DNA of 64,000 nt from an uncultured Thermoanaerobaculia bacterium (GTDB lineage: Bacteria > Acidobacteriota > Thermoanaerobaculia > Thermoanaerobaculales > Sulfomarinibacteraceae): assembly GCA_964641415.1 (NCBI GenBank), contig CAZXMW010000006.1, positions 2,088 to 66,087 of the forward strand. Reading direction: 5' to 3'. A program made the translations under genes and the position numbers. Below the pieces are notes generated by a model, which saw nothing but the letters and a program-made list of their open reading frames with translations, searched no databases and was not told the origin of the DNA. Of the stretch, positions 27,153 through 35,607 are shown piece after piece (the stretch's first letter is position 1; each line of letters starts with the position of its first letter).

Positions 27153-27527
27153 TCAGGACGCCAGATCCAGGGCGTGGGCCTTCAGAGTCTCCAGCGACAC
27201 GATCTCGAGGGCGCTCTCCTCTGTGGCCGCGAGGACGACCGGGGGCGCGACTCCGGCAGCGGCGGCCTCGCGCCACCGGGCGGCGCAGAGGCACCAGCGG
27301 TCGCCTGGGTTGAGGCCGGGGAAGCCGAATCCGGGGTTGGGCGTCGACAAATCGTTGCCCTGCGCCATCGTGTAGGCGAGGAACTCGGCCGTCATCTCGG
27401 CACACACCACGTGGCGTCCGAAATCCTCGTCGGACGTCCGGCAGCTGCCGTCCCGAAAAAAGCCGGTCATCGGATCGCGGCAGCAGTCTTCGAGCTCGCC
27501 TCCGAGAACGTTACGCGGTTCAGACAT
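27153..27527 (-). CDS. DUF2237-family small Cys-rich protein
   Basis: MSEPRNVLGGELEDCCRDPMTGFFRDGSCRT...RWCLCAARW. GAGGAGGGA RBS. The upstream part of track ORF 27153..27884 reads through a repeat and is not coding. Confidence 0.75.
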   Translation of the reverse strand: MSEPRNVLGGELEDCCRDPMTGFFRDGSCRTSDEDFGRHVVCAEMTAEFLAYTMAQGNDLSTPNPGFGFPGLNPGDRWCLCAARWREAAAAGVAPPVVLAATEESALEIVSLETLKAHALDLAS

Positions 27528-27750
27528 CGATCCCTCCTCTGTTGTTTTCCCTTCGTAAACCGCGCATCGGCCCGGCGGCTTCCCGTCCGCTGACAGGGGC
27601 CATGCGACGTTGGCACACCGTTCTGAACGTCGAGGCGCAATGAAACCGAGAAGATCCTCAGCTGAGGAAGACGCAAAGAACGCGAGGCTGCCGAGCTTGT
27701 CGGGATCGGGATCGGGAGCAACGCCGATGCCCATCCAACATCCAATCTCT

Positions 27751-27914
27751 GACCTAAGGTGAGCGATTCTCACTGGCGATCTGCACCAGGCTCTTGCGCT
27801 CTGGATGGTTGCGAAAATACTCGACATACCAAAGGGTATGCCTCCGTTTTTCGCAACCACCAGCGCATCAAGATCTTGGTACATCTCATCCAGCAGAACC
27901 GCTCACCTTAGGTC
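27751..27914 (+). mobile_element. MITE-like / nested-palindrome element family B, copy 1
   Basis: Terminal arms GACCTAAGGTGAGCG ... CGCTCACCTTAGGTC (perfect 15 bp, extendable to ATCTCTGACC.../...GGTCTGAGAT). Inner arms GGTTGCGAAAA ... TTTTCGCAACC and CATACC-AAAG-GGTATG. Lower GC. Second copy at 37872..38034. Confidence 0.7.
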
Positions 27915-27927
27915 TGAGATCCAGCAT

Positions 27928-28036
27928 CGGACGCGGGCACGGGCACGGACGCGGGCACGGACGCGGGCACGGATACGGGCACGGGCACGGAGACGGAGAC
28001 GGACACGGACACGGACACGGATGCGGGCAGGGACGC
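27928..28036 (+). repeat. imperfect hexanucleotide array (GGN-NNN)n, about 18 units
   Basis: CGGACGCGGGCACGGGCACGGACGCGGGCACGGACGCGGGCACGGATACGGGCACGGGCACGGAGACGGAGACGGACACGGACACGGACACGGATGCGGGCAGGGACGC. The plus strand carries many GGG runs. A GGGATC x3 microrepeat lies at about 27697-27716. Confidence 0.85.
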
Positions 28037-28108
28037 GAGCGCGAAGCCGAGGCCAGGAATGGCCGGAGCATTCGGGCGGTTCTGAGAGGCGTCATCAAGG
28101 AGGAAGCT

Positions 28109-28504
28109 ATGAAGAACACGCCCTGGAACGACATCGGCCTGCTCGTTCTGCGACTCGGTGTCGGCGCGTTTATGCTCGTCGCCCACGGTTGGGGCAAGCT
28201 CGCCGGGTTCGGCGATCTGGCCGGGAGGTTCCCCGATCCCATCGGCCTTGGTTCGACCTTCAGCCTGGCGCTGGCGATTTTTGCCGAGGTGCTGTGCGCG
28301 TTGCTGGTCATTCTCGGCCTGGGCACGCGGTTTGCTGCAGTGCCCCTGCTCGCGACCATGCTGGTGGCGGCGTTCGTCGTCCACGCCGACGATCCGTGGA
28401 GCAAGAAGGAGTTCGCGCTGCTTTACGCGATCCCGTTCCTGACCCTGATCTTCACCGGTGGCGGCAGATTCGCGCTGGACTCGTTGATCCGGTGGAAGAA
28501 GTGA
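28109..28504 (+). CDS. DoxX family membrane protein
   Basis: AAGGAGGA RBS. MKNTPWNDIGLLVLRLGVGAFMLVAHGWGKL... four TM segments, typical DoxX N-terminus. Confidence 0.85.
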   Translation: MKNTPWNDIGLLVLRLGVGAFMLVAHGWGKLAGFGDLAGRFPDPIGLGSTFSLALAIFAEVLCALLVILGLGTRFAAVPLLATMLVAAFVVHADDPWSKKEFALLYAIPFLTLIFTGGGRFALDSLIRWKK

Positions 28505-28511
28505 GTCAACA

Positions 28512-28577
28512 GGTTCATCCCGCCATGAGCGGGATGAACCGGAAACAACGGGGCGGAGGCGCCGGCGCCTCCGCCCC
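28512..28577. terminator. two perfect GC-rich hairpins between convergent genes (bidirectional terminator candidates)
   Basis: GGTTCATCCCGC-CATGA-GCGGGATGAACC (12-bp stem, 28512-28540) and the 28-nt perfect palindrome GGGGCGGAGGCGCCGGCGCCTCCGCCCC (28550-28577). There are no T-runs. Confidence 0.5.
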
Positions 28578-28584
28578 GGTCGAA

Positions 28585-29895
28585 TCAGAATGAGCTGTCG
28601 AAGGACCAGCTCGCCCAGACCATCACCTTGGTGACGTCGGTGAGCCAGGCATCAGCCATGTAGTGAGCGACCTTCAGGTGGAGCGACAGGGCGTCGGCGA
28701 CCGAGAAGCGGGCCTGGCCGTCGATCTCGGTTCCCTGCCGGTCGCCGCCACGCGGCGCTTCGAACACGTGGTAGTCCACGAGCCACGACCAGCGGTCGCG
28801 GTCCATGGCGAGGCGCACGGAGTAGTCGTGGCTGCCGTCGGGCGGGGTGACCACCATACGGTCGGCGAAACCGTTCTTGCCGTGGTTGGTGCCGAGCGGT
28901 GTCTGGATCGCGGCCGTACCGTTGCCGTCCTTCAGCTCCCAGGCCGCCCGAAGCGTCCACGCGCCCCTGCGGGCGCCCAGCCCGACGTGGGCGTAGTCGA
29001 GACTGAAGTCCCGAGGGTTGTCGCCGTTGTCGAGCTGGCGGGCATACTCGGCGAAGTAGAGGAGGTCCGCGGACCCGATCGGGCTGTCGCCGACGTATCG
29101 GGCGCCATAGGTGGCCGACGACAGCGTTGCTCGGTCATCCGAGTCCCAGTCCAGAAGGTAGGCGTAGGCGGAGACCGATCCGGGACCGAGATCGCGGGAG
29201 AGGTTGACGAGGTGTCCATCGAGATCCGGGCTGACGCCCGAGTTGAAGTAGACGCGGTTGACGTAGGCGTAGCGAGCCACCAGAACGTCGGGCGTGCCGA
29301 CTGCGAAGCTCGCGCCTCGGTACGATCGGTAATTCTGCCGCCACGGAGCGATTCCGACGAAACGCTGATTGTCGAGGACGTAGCCGAAGCGCCCGGCCCT
29401 GAGCTCGAGGCCGGCGCGGCCGCGGTAGCCGAGGACAATCTCATCGGCCTCGACGATCGCAGGGTCCGCCACGACCGGCCGGTCGGTCACCTCGTTCCAG
29501 AGATCGCCGCGACCGGCGTTGTTGTACAGCTTGTCATTGCCGATCGGAGTCACGGTCTCGAAGGTGACGCCGGCGAAGAACCCATGCAGTGGAGCGGTCT
29601 CGTAGCTGAGCGCGCCGCGCAGCGTCGAGGCCAGCGCGTCCGTGTCGAAGCTCGCGCTGTCGACGGACTCGAGCCGGTAGCGGAGATCGATGCCGAGCAC
29701 TCCCTGGAGAAGGGCCTGGCGGAGGTTGGAGACCACCGGGTCGGGCGACTCGGCAGGCGTTTTTGTATCGGACGCCGTGGCGGCGCCCGCGACGACGAGC
29801 GCCGCGAGCAGGACCGCCGCGAATCCCGGATTTCGCGTGAGATGCGGACGGTTGTCGATAGGTTCGATGGAGATGCCCCGACCAGGCTTAGTCAT
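28585..29895 (-). CDS. outer-membrane beta-barrel, alginate-export (AlgE-like) family
   Basis: Signal ...AAVLLAALVVAGAATA. Blocks LGIDLRYRLESVD and LRAGRFGYVLDNQRFVGIAPWRQNYRSYRG. Alternating beta-strand pattern with terminal ...WSFDSSF. Confidence 0.7.
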   Translation of the reverse strand: MTKPGRGISIEPIDNRPHLTRNPGFAAVLLAALVVAGAATASDTKTPAESPDPVVSNLRQALLQGVLGIDLRYRLESVDSASFDTDALASTLRGALSYETAPLHGFFAGVTFETVTPIGNDKLYNNAGRGDLWNEVTDRPVVADPAIVEADEIVLGYRGRAGLELRAGRFGYVLDNQRFVGIAPWRQNYRSYRGASFAVGTPDVLVARYAYVNRVYFNSGVSPDLDGHLVNLSRDLGPGSVSAYAYLLDWDSDDRATLSSATYGARYVGDSPIGSADLLYFAEYARQLDNGDNPRDFSLDYAHVGLGARRGAWTLRAAWELKDGNGTAAIQTPLGTNHGKNGFADRMVVTPPDGSHDYSVRLAMDRDRWSWLVDYHVFEAPRGGDRQGTEIDGQARFSVADALSLHLKVAHYMADAWLTDVTKVMVWASWSFDSSF

Positions 29896-30781
29896 GCGAA
29901 ACTTTCACGGTTAAATCCTCCGTGGACGGGCGGTATTCCGGGTCACCGCGCCACGTCCACTCGTGCCACGGCTTGAGACCGAGCAGCGCCTCGCCGCCGA
30001 ACATTCCGGCTTCCATGCCGACCAGCATACCGAACAGCATCCCGAGATGGCCGCCGAGCACCGCCGAGCCGGTCCACTCGGCGAGCACCGGGCCGAGCCA
30101 GTGGCCGAGCAGCACCATGCCGACGATCATCAGGGCGTTGCCGATGAGGTGGGTCGAGATCCACCGACGGATGCTGGTACGGGCCAGCCCGGCACAGCGG
30201 GTGAACGCGAGTCCGGTCGGGATTGCCCCGAGCAGCATGAGGCCGGTCATCCAGGAGAAGACCATGGGCCAGAAGGTGCCGCCTCCCGCATGGCCGCTGT
30301 GACCCGGGCCGCCGGCGGCCGGGGGCGGGTGGTCGCCGGCGGCAGGTGCGGGATGTCCGCCGTCCTCGCCGCAGCAATCGGGCTCGTGCGGAGCCGGGAT
30401 CGGATCTTCGCAGCAGTCGTCCGCCTCTGCGGTGGCGGTCCCGGCAGCCGAGGGCGCCTGGTGGTCGCCGCAGCCGTGGCCCATGGCGACGTGGAAGTCG
30501 GCATTTCGGGGCGGCGCCGCGAAACCGAGATCAACCCACCAGCCGGCGAGCATACCGAGCCCACCGAACGCCCCCATGACCAGAAGCATGTCGATTCGGT
30601 GATTGAGGCGCAGCCGGTGGACCCACGCCTGGTGGACGAGACCGGCGACGGCGGCGGTGACCGCCATGACCTCGAGGCCGAGTCGCCAGTCGAGCCGGCC
30701 GAGCAGAAGCACGGCGACGCCCTGGGCGAGAGTCGCGGCAGACAGCGCGATTGCGAGGACCGATGAACGGGTGAGGGTCAT
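29888..30781 (-). CDS. polytopic membrane protein with Cys/His/Asp-rich loop, unknown family
   Basis: Hydrophobic segments flank the loop HVAMGHGCGDHQAPSAAGTATAEADDCCEDPIPAPHEPDCCGEDGGHPAPAAGDHPPPAAGGPGHSGHAGGG. ATGA overlap with the ATPase gene stop (30778-30781). Confidence 0.65.
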   Translation of the reverse strand: MTLTRSSVLAIALSAATLAQGVAVLLLGRLDWRLGLEVMAVTAAVAGLVHQAWVHRLRLNHRIDMLLVMGAFGGLGMLAGWWVDLGFAAPPRNADFHVAMGHGCGDHQAPSAAGTATAEADDCCEDPIPAPHEPDCCGEDGGHPAPAAGDHPPPAAGGPGHSGHAGGGTFWPMVFSWMTGLMLLGAIPTGLAFTRCAGLARTSIRRWISTHLIGNALMIVGMVLLGHWLGPVLAEWTGSAVLGGHLGMLFGMLVGMEAGMFGGEALLGLKPWHEWTWRGDPEYRPSTEDLTVKVSHD

Positions 30782-32796
30782 GGTGTCTCCCGAACCAGGC
30801 GTCCCGACATCGGAACGGCCGCCTCGGCCACGACCTCGTGTTGGTCGTCGTCGAGGACCCTGATGGCGCGCCAGGTCACCACCAGGCTCGAGCAGGTCAT
30901 GAGCACCGTGGCGGCGACCGGGTGGAGGATGCCTGCCACCGCCAGACTGATGCCGACGGCGTTGTAGGCAAGGGCGATGGCGAGGTTGCTGCGGATCGTG
31001 GCGACCGTCCTGCGGGCGAGGTCGACCGCCCAGGGGATGGCCCTCAGGTCGCCACCGTGCCAGCTCAGGTCGGCGACCTCGAGAGCGAGATCGGCGCCTT
31101 CTGCGACTGCAATGCCGACGTCGGCGGCAGCCATGGCCGCAGCGTCGTTGACGCCGTCGCCGACCAGCAGAACCCGGCGGCCTGCCGAACGGTGGGCGTC
31201 GACCTCGCGGAGCTTGTCGTCGGGGTCGAGATCGGCCAGCACCCGGTCGACGCCGAGGTTACGGGCGCGCTCGGCACGATCGCCGGTCAGCACCTCGGTC
31301 GCCAGGCCGAGCGCGCGAAGATCGGCGAGTGCGTCGCGCCATCCGGTCCGAGGGTGCTCGTCGATGGCCGCCGCCGCCACCGGCCGGCCGCCGCGCAACA
31401 CGGCGAGGCGACGCGCTCCGATCGGTGCGTTGAGCGAGGAGTCCAAAGCGGCCCAGTCCGGATCGTCACCGATCCCGAGCCCGTCGGGGTCGCCGATGGT
31501 CCAGTGCTCCGGCTCGGCCTCGCCGAGCCGAACCCGGCCGGCAAAGCCGACTCCAGGCAGCACGCGGGTGTCGCCGGCGGTTCCGGCGGGGTCGGGGACC
31601 AGATCGCGGAAGGCCGATGCGATGGGGTGGCTGCTGGCATCCTCGAGAATCTGGACCGCGCGCTGGACCTCCCGGCGATCGCCTGCGCCGCCCTCGGCGA
31701 CCAGGTCGAGCAGCGACAGAGTCGACCTGGTCAGCGTGCCGGTCTTGTCGAAGATTGCCAGATCGACGGTCTCGAGCGCTTCGACCACCGCCCCCGAGCG
31801 GGCGATGAGGCCGCGTCCGGCGAGTCGGGCCAGTGCCGCCCATGCTGCCAGCGGCGTCGCCAGGCCGAGGGCGCACGGGCAGGCGACGAGCAGCACCGCC
31901 ATGGCGTTGAACAGACCCACGGTCCAGCCGTCGAGGTGGGTCCAGAGCGCGAAGGTCGAGCCTGCGATGACGAGCACGGTGGGCAGGAAGATCGCGACCA
32001 GACGGTCGGCGCGGTGCTGCCAGGACGTCGGTTGGCGGCGGGCGTGCTCGATGGCGTCGAGGATGCCGTCGATCCGTCGTTCGCCGGCAATCGCCGTCGC
32101 ACGGACGACCAGCCCGGCGTCCAGGCTGTGGGTACCGGCCCACACCCCGTCGCCCGGCCGCCGCACGACGGCGAAGCCCTCGCCGGTCATCTCGGCCTCC
32201 CGAACCCACGCCGTGCCCTCATCGAGGATGCCGTCGACCGGAATCGTCTCGCCCGGATCGATTCGGATCAGGTCGCCGGTCCGGACCTCGTCGAGGGGGA
32301 CGTCGGTGACCGTGCCGTCGTCGCCGAGGCGGCGGCACCTCGTGTTCTCAGGCGCCCATGCCCGGGTCGCCGACAGCGCCCGCTCCTGGGCGCCGGTGGC
32401 GACCTGCTGACCGAAGGCGTAGACCACGAGCAGAATGCTGACGATTTCGAAGTAGACGTCACCGTGGCCGGTCAACGCCGCGACCGCGGACGCGGTGAAA
32501 GCGCCGATGACGCCCGTGATGAACAGCCCCTCCAGAGTGATTCGACGCTCCGTCACCGACCTCCATGCATTGCGCAGCAGCGGCCAGCCGAGCAGCGCCA
32601 GACTGAGCAGCGAGAGCCCGGCGAGCACGGCGTGGACGGCTTCGGTTTCGGCCGGGCTGGTCTCCGACGTGTTGATCGCCAGACTGACCGTCATCGAGTT
32701 GCCGGCGATGAGAATTCCGACGCCGATCCGCCACCATGCGGCCAGGTTGAAGGGCTCGGCCGGCCCGCAGTCGCAGCGGATGGGCTCGACCATCAA
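30778..32796 (-). CDS. ccoI: heavy-metal (Cu) translocating P1B-type ATPase, CcoI/FixI-like
   Basis: Motifs ACPCALGLATP (CPC), FDKTGTLT, GDGVNDAAAM. No N-terminal GMxCxxC domain (only a CDC near the N-terminus). Position immediately downstream of the cco genes. Confidence 0.8.
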   Translation of the reverse strand: MMVEPIRCDCGPAEPFNLAAWWRIGVGILIAGNSMTVSLAINTSETSPAETEAVHAVLAGLSLLSLALLGWPLLRNAWRSVTERRITLEGLFITGVIGAFTASAVAALTGHGDVYFEIVSILLVVYAFGQQVATGAQERALSATRAWAPENTRCRRLGDDGTVTDVPLDEVRTGDLIRIDPGETIPVDGILDEGTAWVREAEMTGEGFAVVRRPGDGVWAGTHSLDAGLVVRATAIAGERRIDGILDAIEHARRQPTSWQHRADRLVAIFLPTVLVIAGSTFALWTHLDGWTVGLFNAMAVLLVACPCALGLATPLAAWAALARLAGRGLIARSGAVVEALETVDLAIFDKTGTLTRSTLSLLDLVAEGGAGDRREVQRAVQILEDASSHPIASAFRDLVPDPAGTAGDTRVLPGVGFAGRVRLGEAEPEHWTIGDPDGLGIGDDPDWAALDSSLNAPIGARRLAVLRGGRPVAAAAIDEHPRTGWRDALADLRALGLATEVLTGDRAERARNLGVDRVLADLDPDDKLREVDAHRSAGRRVLLVGDGVNDAAAMAAADVGIAVAEGADLALEVADLSWHGGDLRAIPWAVDLARRTVATIRSNLAIALAYNAVGISLAVAGILHPVAATVLMTCSSLVVTWRAIRVLDDDQHEVVAEAAVPMSGRLVRETP

Positions 32797-33539
32797 CCCT
32801 CGCTGTCGGACAGAGAGGGCTCGGCCTCGGCCTCGGCGGTGACGTTCTCATCGGGCTCATCAGGCGCTGTGAACTCGGCGGCAAAGGCGTCGAGAGAGGC
32901 GACCTGGAAGGCATCGCGACGACCTTCGGTGTGCGACCGTACCGCGGCCACCAGCTCGGGCGCCACCGCGGGGGCCTGGTTCGACCACGAGTTCCGGATG
33001 TAGGTCATGACCGAGGCGATCTGCTCGTCGCTGAGGTGTGCCCAGCCCGGCATGACGCCGTTGTAGGTTTGACCGAGCACTGTGATCCGGCCCTCCAGCC
33101 CGTGCAGCAGCAGCGCCGCCAGCACGTCGGGACGGCCGGTGACCCAGGATGCACCGTCGAGTGGCGGGTAGTTGCCGGCAACGCCCTGCCCGTCGGCCTG
33201 GTGACAGGCCTGACAGTTGTTGTAGACCCGCCTGCCGAGCACCAGGGGGTCGATCGCCTCGACCGCCTGCTCTTCGGCGGAGGTGAGTCCTCCCTCGAGC
33301 AGGGCGCGCTCGTCGTAAACGTCGGGTCGGAAGCCACCCGAGTACATGCCCAGATACCAGCCCATGACGCCCATCAGTGCCAGGGCCCCGAACATGAGCC
33401 ACATCGGCACCGGCTCGTAGCCGTCCCTGGGTTCGGCCGTCTCGCGGTAGATCGGCTCGTGAATGTCGACGACGGCGCCGGTCTCGTCCTCGTGACGGTC
33501 GAGATTGTCGCGGTCGGTGGTGTCGTCGGCCGGGGTCAT
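32793..33539 (-). CDS. membrane-anchored monoheme c-type cytochrome (CcoP-like position)
   Basis: One TM (WLMFGALALMGVMGWYL), a single CQACH heme motif and an acidic C-terminal tail. Start and stop overlap both neighbours. Confidence 0.75.
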   Translation of the reverse strand: MTPADDTTDRDNLDRHEDETGAVVDIHEPIYRETAEPRDGYEPVPMWLMFGALALMGVMGWYLGMYSGGFRPDVYDERALLEGGLTSAEEQAVEAIDPLVLGRRVYNNCQACHQADGQGVAGNYPPLDGASWVTGRPDVLAALLLHGLEGRITVLGQTYNGVMPGWAHLSDEQIASVMTYIRNSWSNQAPAVAPELVAAVRSHTEGRRDAFQVASLDAFAAEFTAPDEPDENVTAEAEAEPSLSDSEG

Positions 33540-34147
33540 CAGGGCACCTCCGGAACCGGGTGGCTGGCATCCAGGCTCTTGAGATACGCGACCAGGGCCT
33601 TGGCGTCATAGGTCGGAACGACGACCACGTCGTCGCCCGGGTCCCACTCGGGTGGGAAGCTCAACGCGTCGTACGGGCGCTCGATCTCGAGGGTGAACTC
33701 GTCGAAGAGAAAAGAAAACGGCGGCATGATCGAGCCCGGCGACGTGATCTCGGGCTTGTACAGGTGCAGCAGGTGCCAGTCGTCGCTCGGCTGGCGAACC
33801 CCGATATTGGCGAGATCGGGCCCGGTCCGCATGGTGCCGAGCAGCGGTGGCCGGTCGTAGATGTGGTCGCGGGCGACGGTGCGGCGGCTGCCCCAGCCGC
33901 GATCGATATCGGCCCCGAAACCGGGCGGTCGGACCTGCTGGCTGTGGCAGTAGATGCAGCCGAGCGAGATGTAGACCTGCCGGCCGTGGGCGACGAGGCC
34001 GGCTGGCTCGACCGGGTAGGAGGCGCCGTCGTCGTTGACGACGGGCTCGAGACCGCCGAGCTGTCGCTGCGGAATCACAGTCATACCCGTGAACGACACG
34101 AGCACCGTGAACAGGACGCCGACGTAGAGCAGAGTGACCCGGTTCAT
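33539..34147 (-). CDS. ccoO: cbb3-type cytochrome c oxidase subunit II (monoheme)
   Basis: N-terminal anchor, GCIYCHSQQVRP heme site, GPDLANIG...WHLLHLYKPEITSPGSIMP block typical of CcoO. Confidence 0.9.
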   Translation of the reverse strand: MNRVTLLYVGVLFTVLVSFTGMTVIPQRQLGGLEPVVNDDGASYPVEPAGLVAHGRQVYISLGCIYCHSQQVRPPGFGADIDRGWGSRRTVARDHIYDRPPLLGTMRTGPDLANIGVRQPSDDWHLLHLYKPEITSPGSIMPPFSFLFDEFTLEIERPYDALSFPPEWDPGDDVVVVPTYDAKALVAYLKSLDASHPVPEVP

Positions 34148-35607
34148 CCCTCACCTCCCGTCAGCTCCGCCCGTGGGTCGAACACGGTCGGCCCCTGGAT
34201 ATCGCGGGCTGCGGGCCGGAAGACGAGCCACAAAGACACCGCGAAGAAGACGTGCCCGAGGGTCATCAGCACCCCGGCCACGGTGCGCGACCAGAGATAC
34301 GGAATCGTCATCGCCACGATGTCGAGAAACGGGATGTCGGGGTTGTTCATCTGCAGGCCCTGGAGCCAACCGCCCCAAGTCAGACCGCTCCAGTACAGCA
34401 CCATCCCGACCGCGGTCAGCCAGAAGTGGGCCCTGATGAACGACGCCGACGGCCACTCGCGGCCGGTCAGTCGCGGCACGATGTAATAGATCGACCCGAA
34501 CATGACCATCGAGAAGAACGAGTAGACGCCGAGGTGGGCGTGGGCCACGGTGTAGTGGGTGAAGTGGCTGATCTCGTTGACCGTACGCAGGGCCTGAAGC
34601 GAGCCCTGAAAGCTGACCACGGTGTAGCTCATGGCGCCGAACACGATGAAGCGCAGGGTCGGGCTGACCTTGAGCTTGTCGAAGTGCCCCTTGGTGGTCA
34701 TGTGATGGTTGATGGCCACCGTGGTGACGGGAATGAGCATCATCACCGACCCGACCGTACCGACGGTGATCAGCCAGGCCGGGATCGGACCGCCGATCAG
34801 GTGGTGGGTTCCGGCCCAGTTGTAGAACAGCGCCAGGGTCCAAAAGCCGAGGATCGACAGGTAGTAGCTGTGGATGGGTCGGCCCAGGACCTTGGGCAGC
34901 AGGTAGTAGACCGCCGCCAGCCCGATCGGGGTGAACCACAGGCCGAGCACGTTGTGGGCGAACCACCAGTTGGCCGATGCCTGGACCACGCCCGTGGCCA
35001 GATTGCCGTGGATCAGGGCGTTGCCCTGGGCATAGAGGAACGGAAACCACAACACCGAGCCGAACAGGTACCACTGCGAGACGTAGATGTGGCTGACTTT
35101 TCGACGGGTGAACATGGTCAGGGACGAGAACATGAGAATCGCGAACAGGCCGGCGAAGACGAAGGACCAGTGGTAGGGAAACTCGAGCCATTCGACGCTC
35201 GTACCGTGACCGGCGAGGATCGACCATGTGCCGCCGGCGACCGCGATGTTCCACAGCACGCAGGTGACGATCAGCGGCAGCTGCATCGGCAGCGTGACCC
35301 GGCACAAACGTGCGGTCAGCCAGAGCAGCACTCCGATGCCGGCCATGGAGCCCCATCCGTAGATCATCGTGTTGAGGTGGGCCGGACGGACCCGGCCGAA
35401 AGTCAACCAGTCCCAGTCGCCCAGAAATACCGGCGTGTGGAGCTTGATCGAGGCGAGCAGCGCCAGCCCCGACCCGAAGAGCAGCCAGGCCACGGAGCTG
35501 GCGAAGAACAGCATGACGACCAGCGCGGTCGAGCGATCGACGCCTTCCCGCCAGCTGACGGTCGACGGTTCCGGCATGCCGTACGGAGCTTCAAGCTGAT
35601 CGTTCAC
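34144..35607 (-). CDS. ccoN: cbb3-type cytochrome c oxidase subunit I
   Basis: 487 aa, about 12 TM. Blocks RPAHLNTMIYGWGSMAGIG, WWFAHNVLGLWFTP, HHLIGGPIPAW, HFTHYTVAHAHLGVY are CcoN-type. Confidence 0.9.
   Translation of the reverse strand: MNDQLEAPYGMPEPSTVSWREGVDRSTALVVMLFFASSVAWLLFGSGLALLASIKLHTPVFLGDWDWLTFGRVRPAHLNTMIYGWGSMAGIGVLLWLTARLCRVTLPMQLPLIVTCVLWNIAVAGGTWSILAGHGTSVEWLEFPYHWSFVFAGLFAILMFSSLTMFTRRKVSHIYVSQWYLFGSVLWFPFLYAQGNALIHGNLATGVVQASANWWFAHNVLGLWFTPIGLAAVYYLLPKVLGRPIHSYYLSILGFWTLALFYNWAGTHHLIGGPIPAWLITVGTVGSVMMLIPVTTVAINHHMTTKGHFDKLKVSPTLRFIVFGAMSYTVVSFQGSLQALRTVNEISHFTHYTVAHAHLGVYSFFSMVMFGSIYYIVPRLTGREWPSASFIRAHFWLTAVGMVLYWSGLTWGGWLQGLQMNNPDIPFLDIVAMTIPYLWSRTVAGVLMTLGHVFFAVSLWLVFRPAARDIQGPTVFDPRAELTGGEG

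Noticed and set aside
27928-28036. Hexamer arrays considered as CRISPR or another spacer-repeat system
   Set aside because: The period is 6 nt with no unique spacers and no cas genes. These are microsatellite-type arrays.
27794-28108. In-frame N-terminal extension of DoxX containing the (Gly-His)n stretch
   Set aside because: The extension reads through MITE-B copy 1. A strong AAGGAGGA RBS precedes ATG 28109, and DoxX proteins normally start at the MKNTPW-type N-terminus. The frame match has a one-in-three chance.
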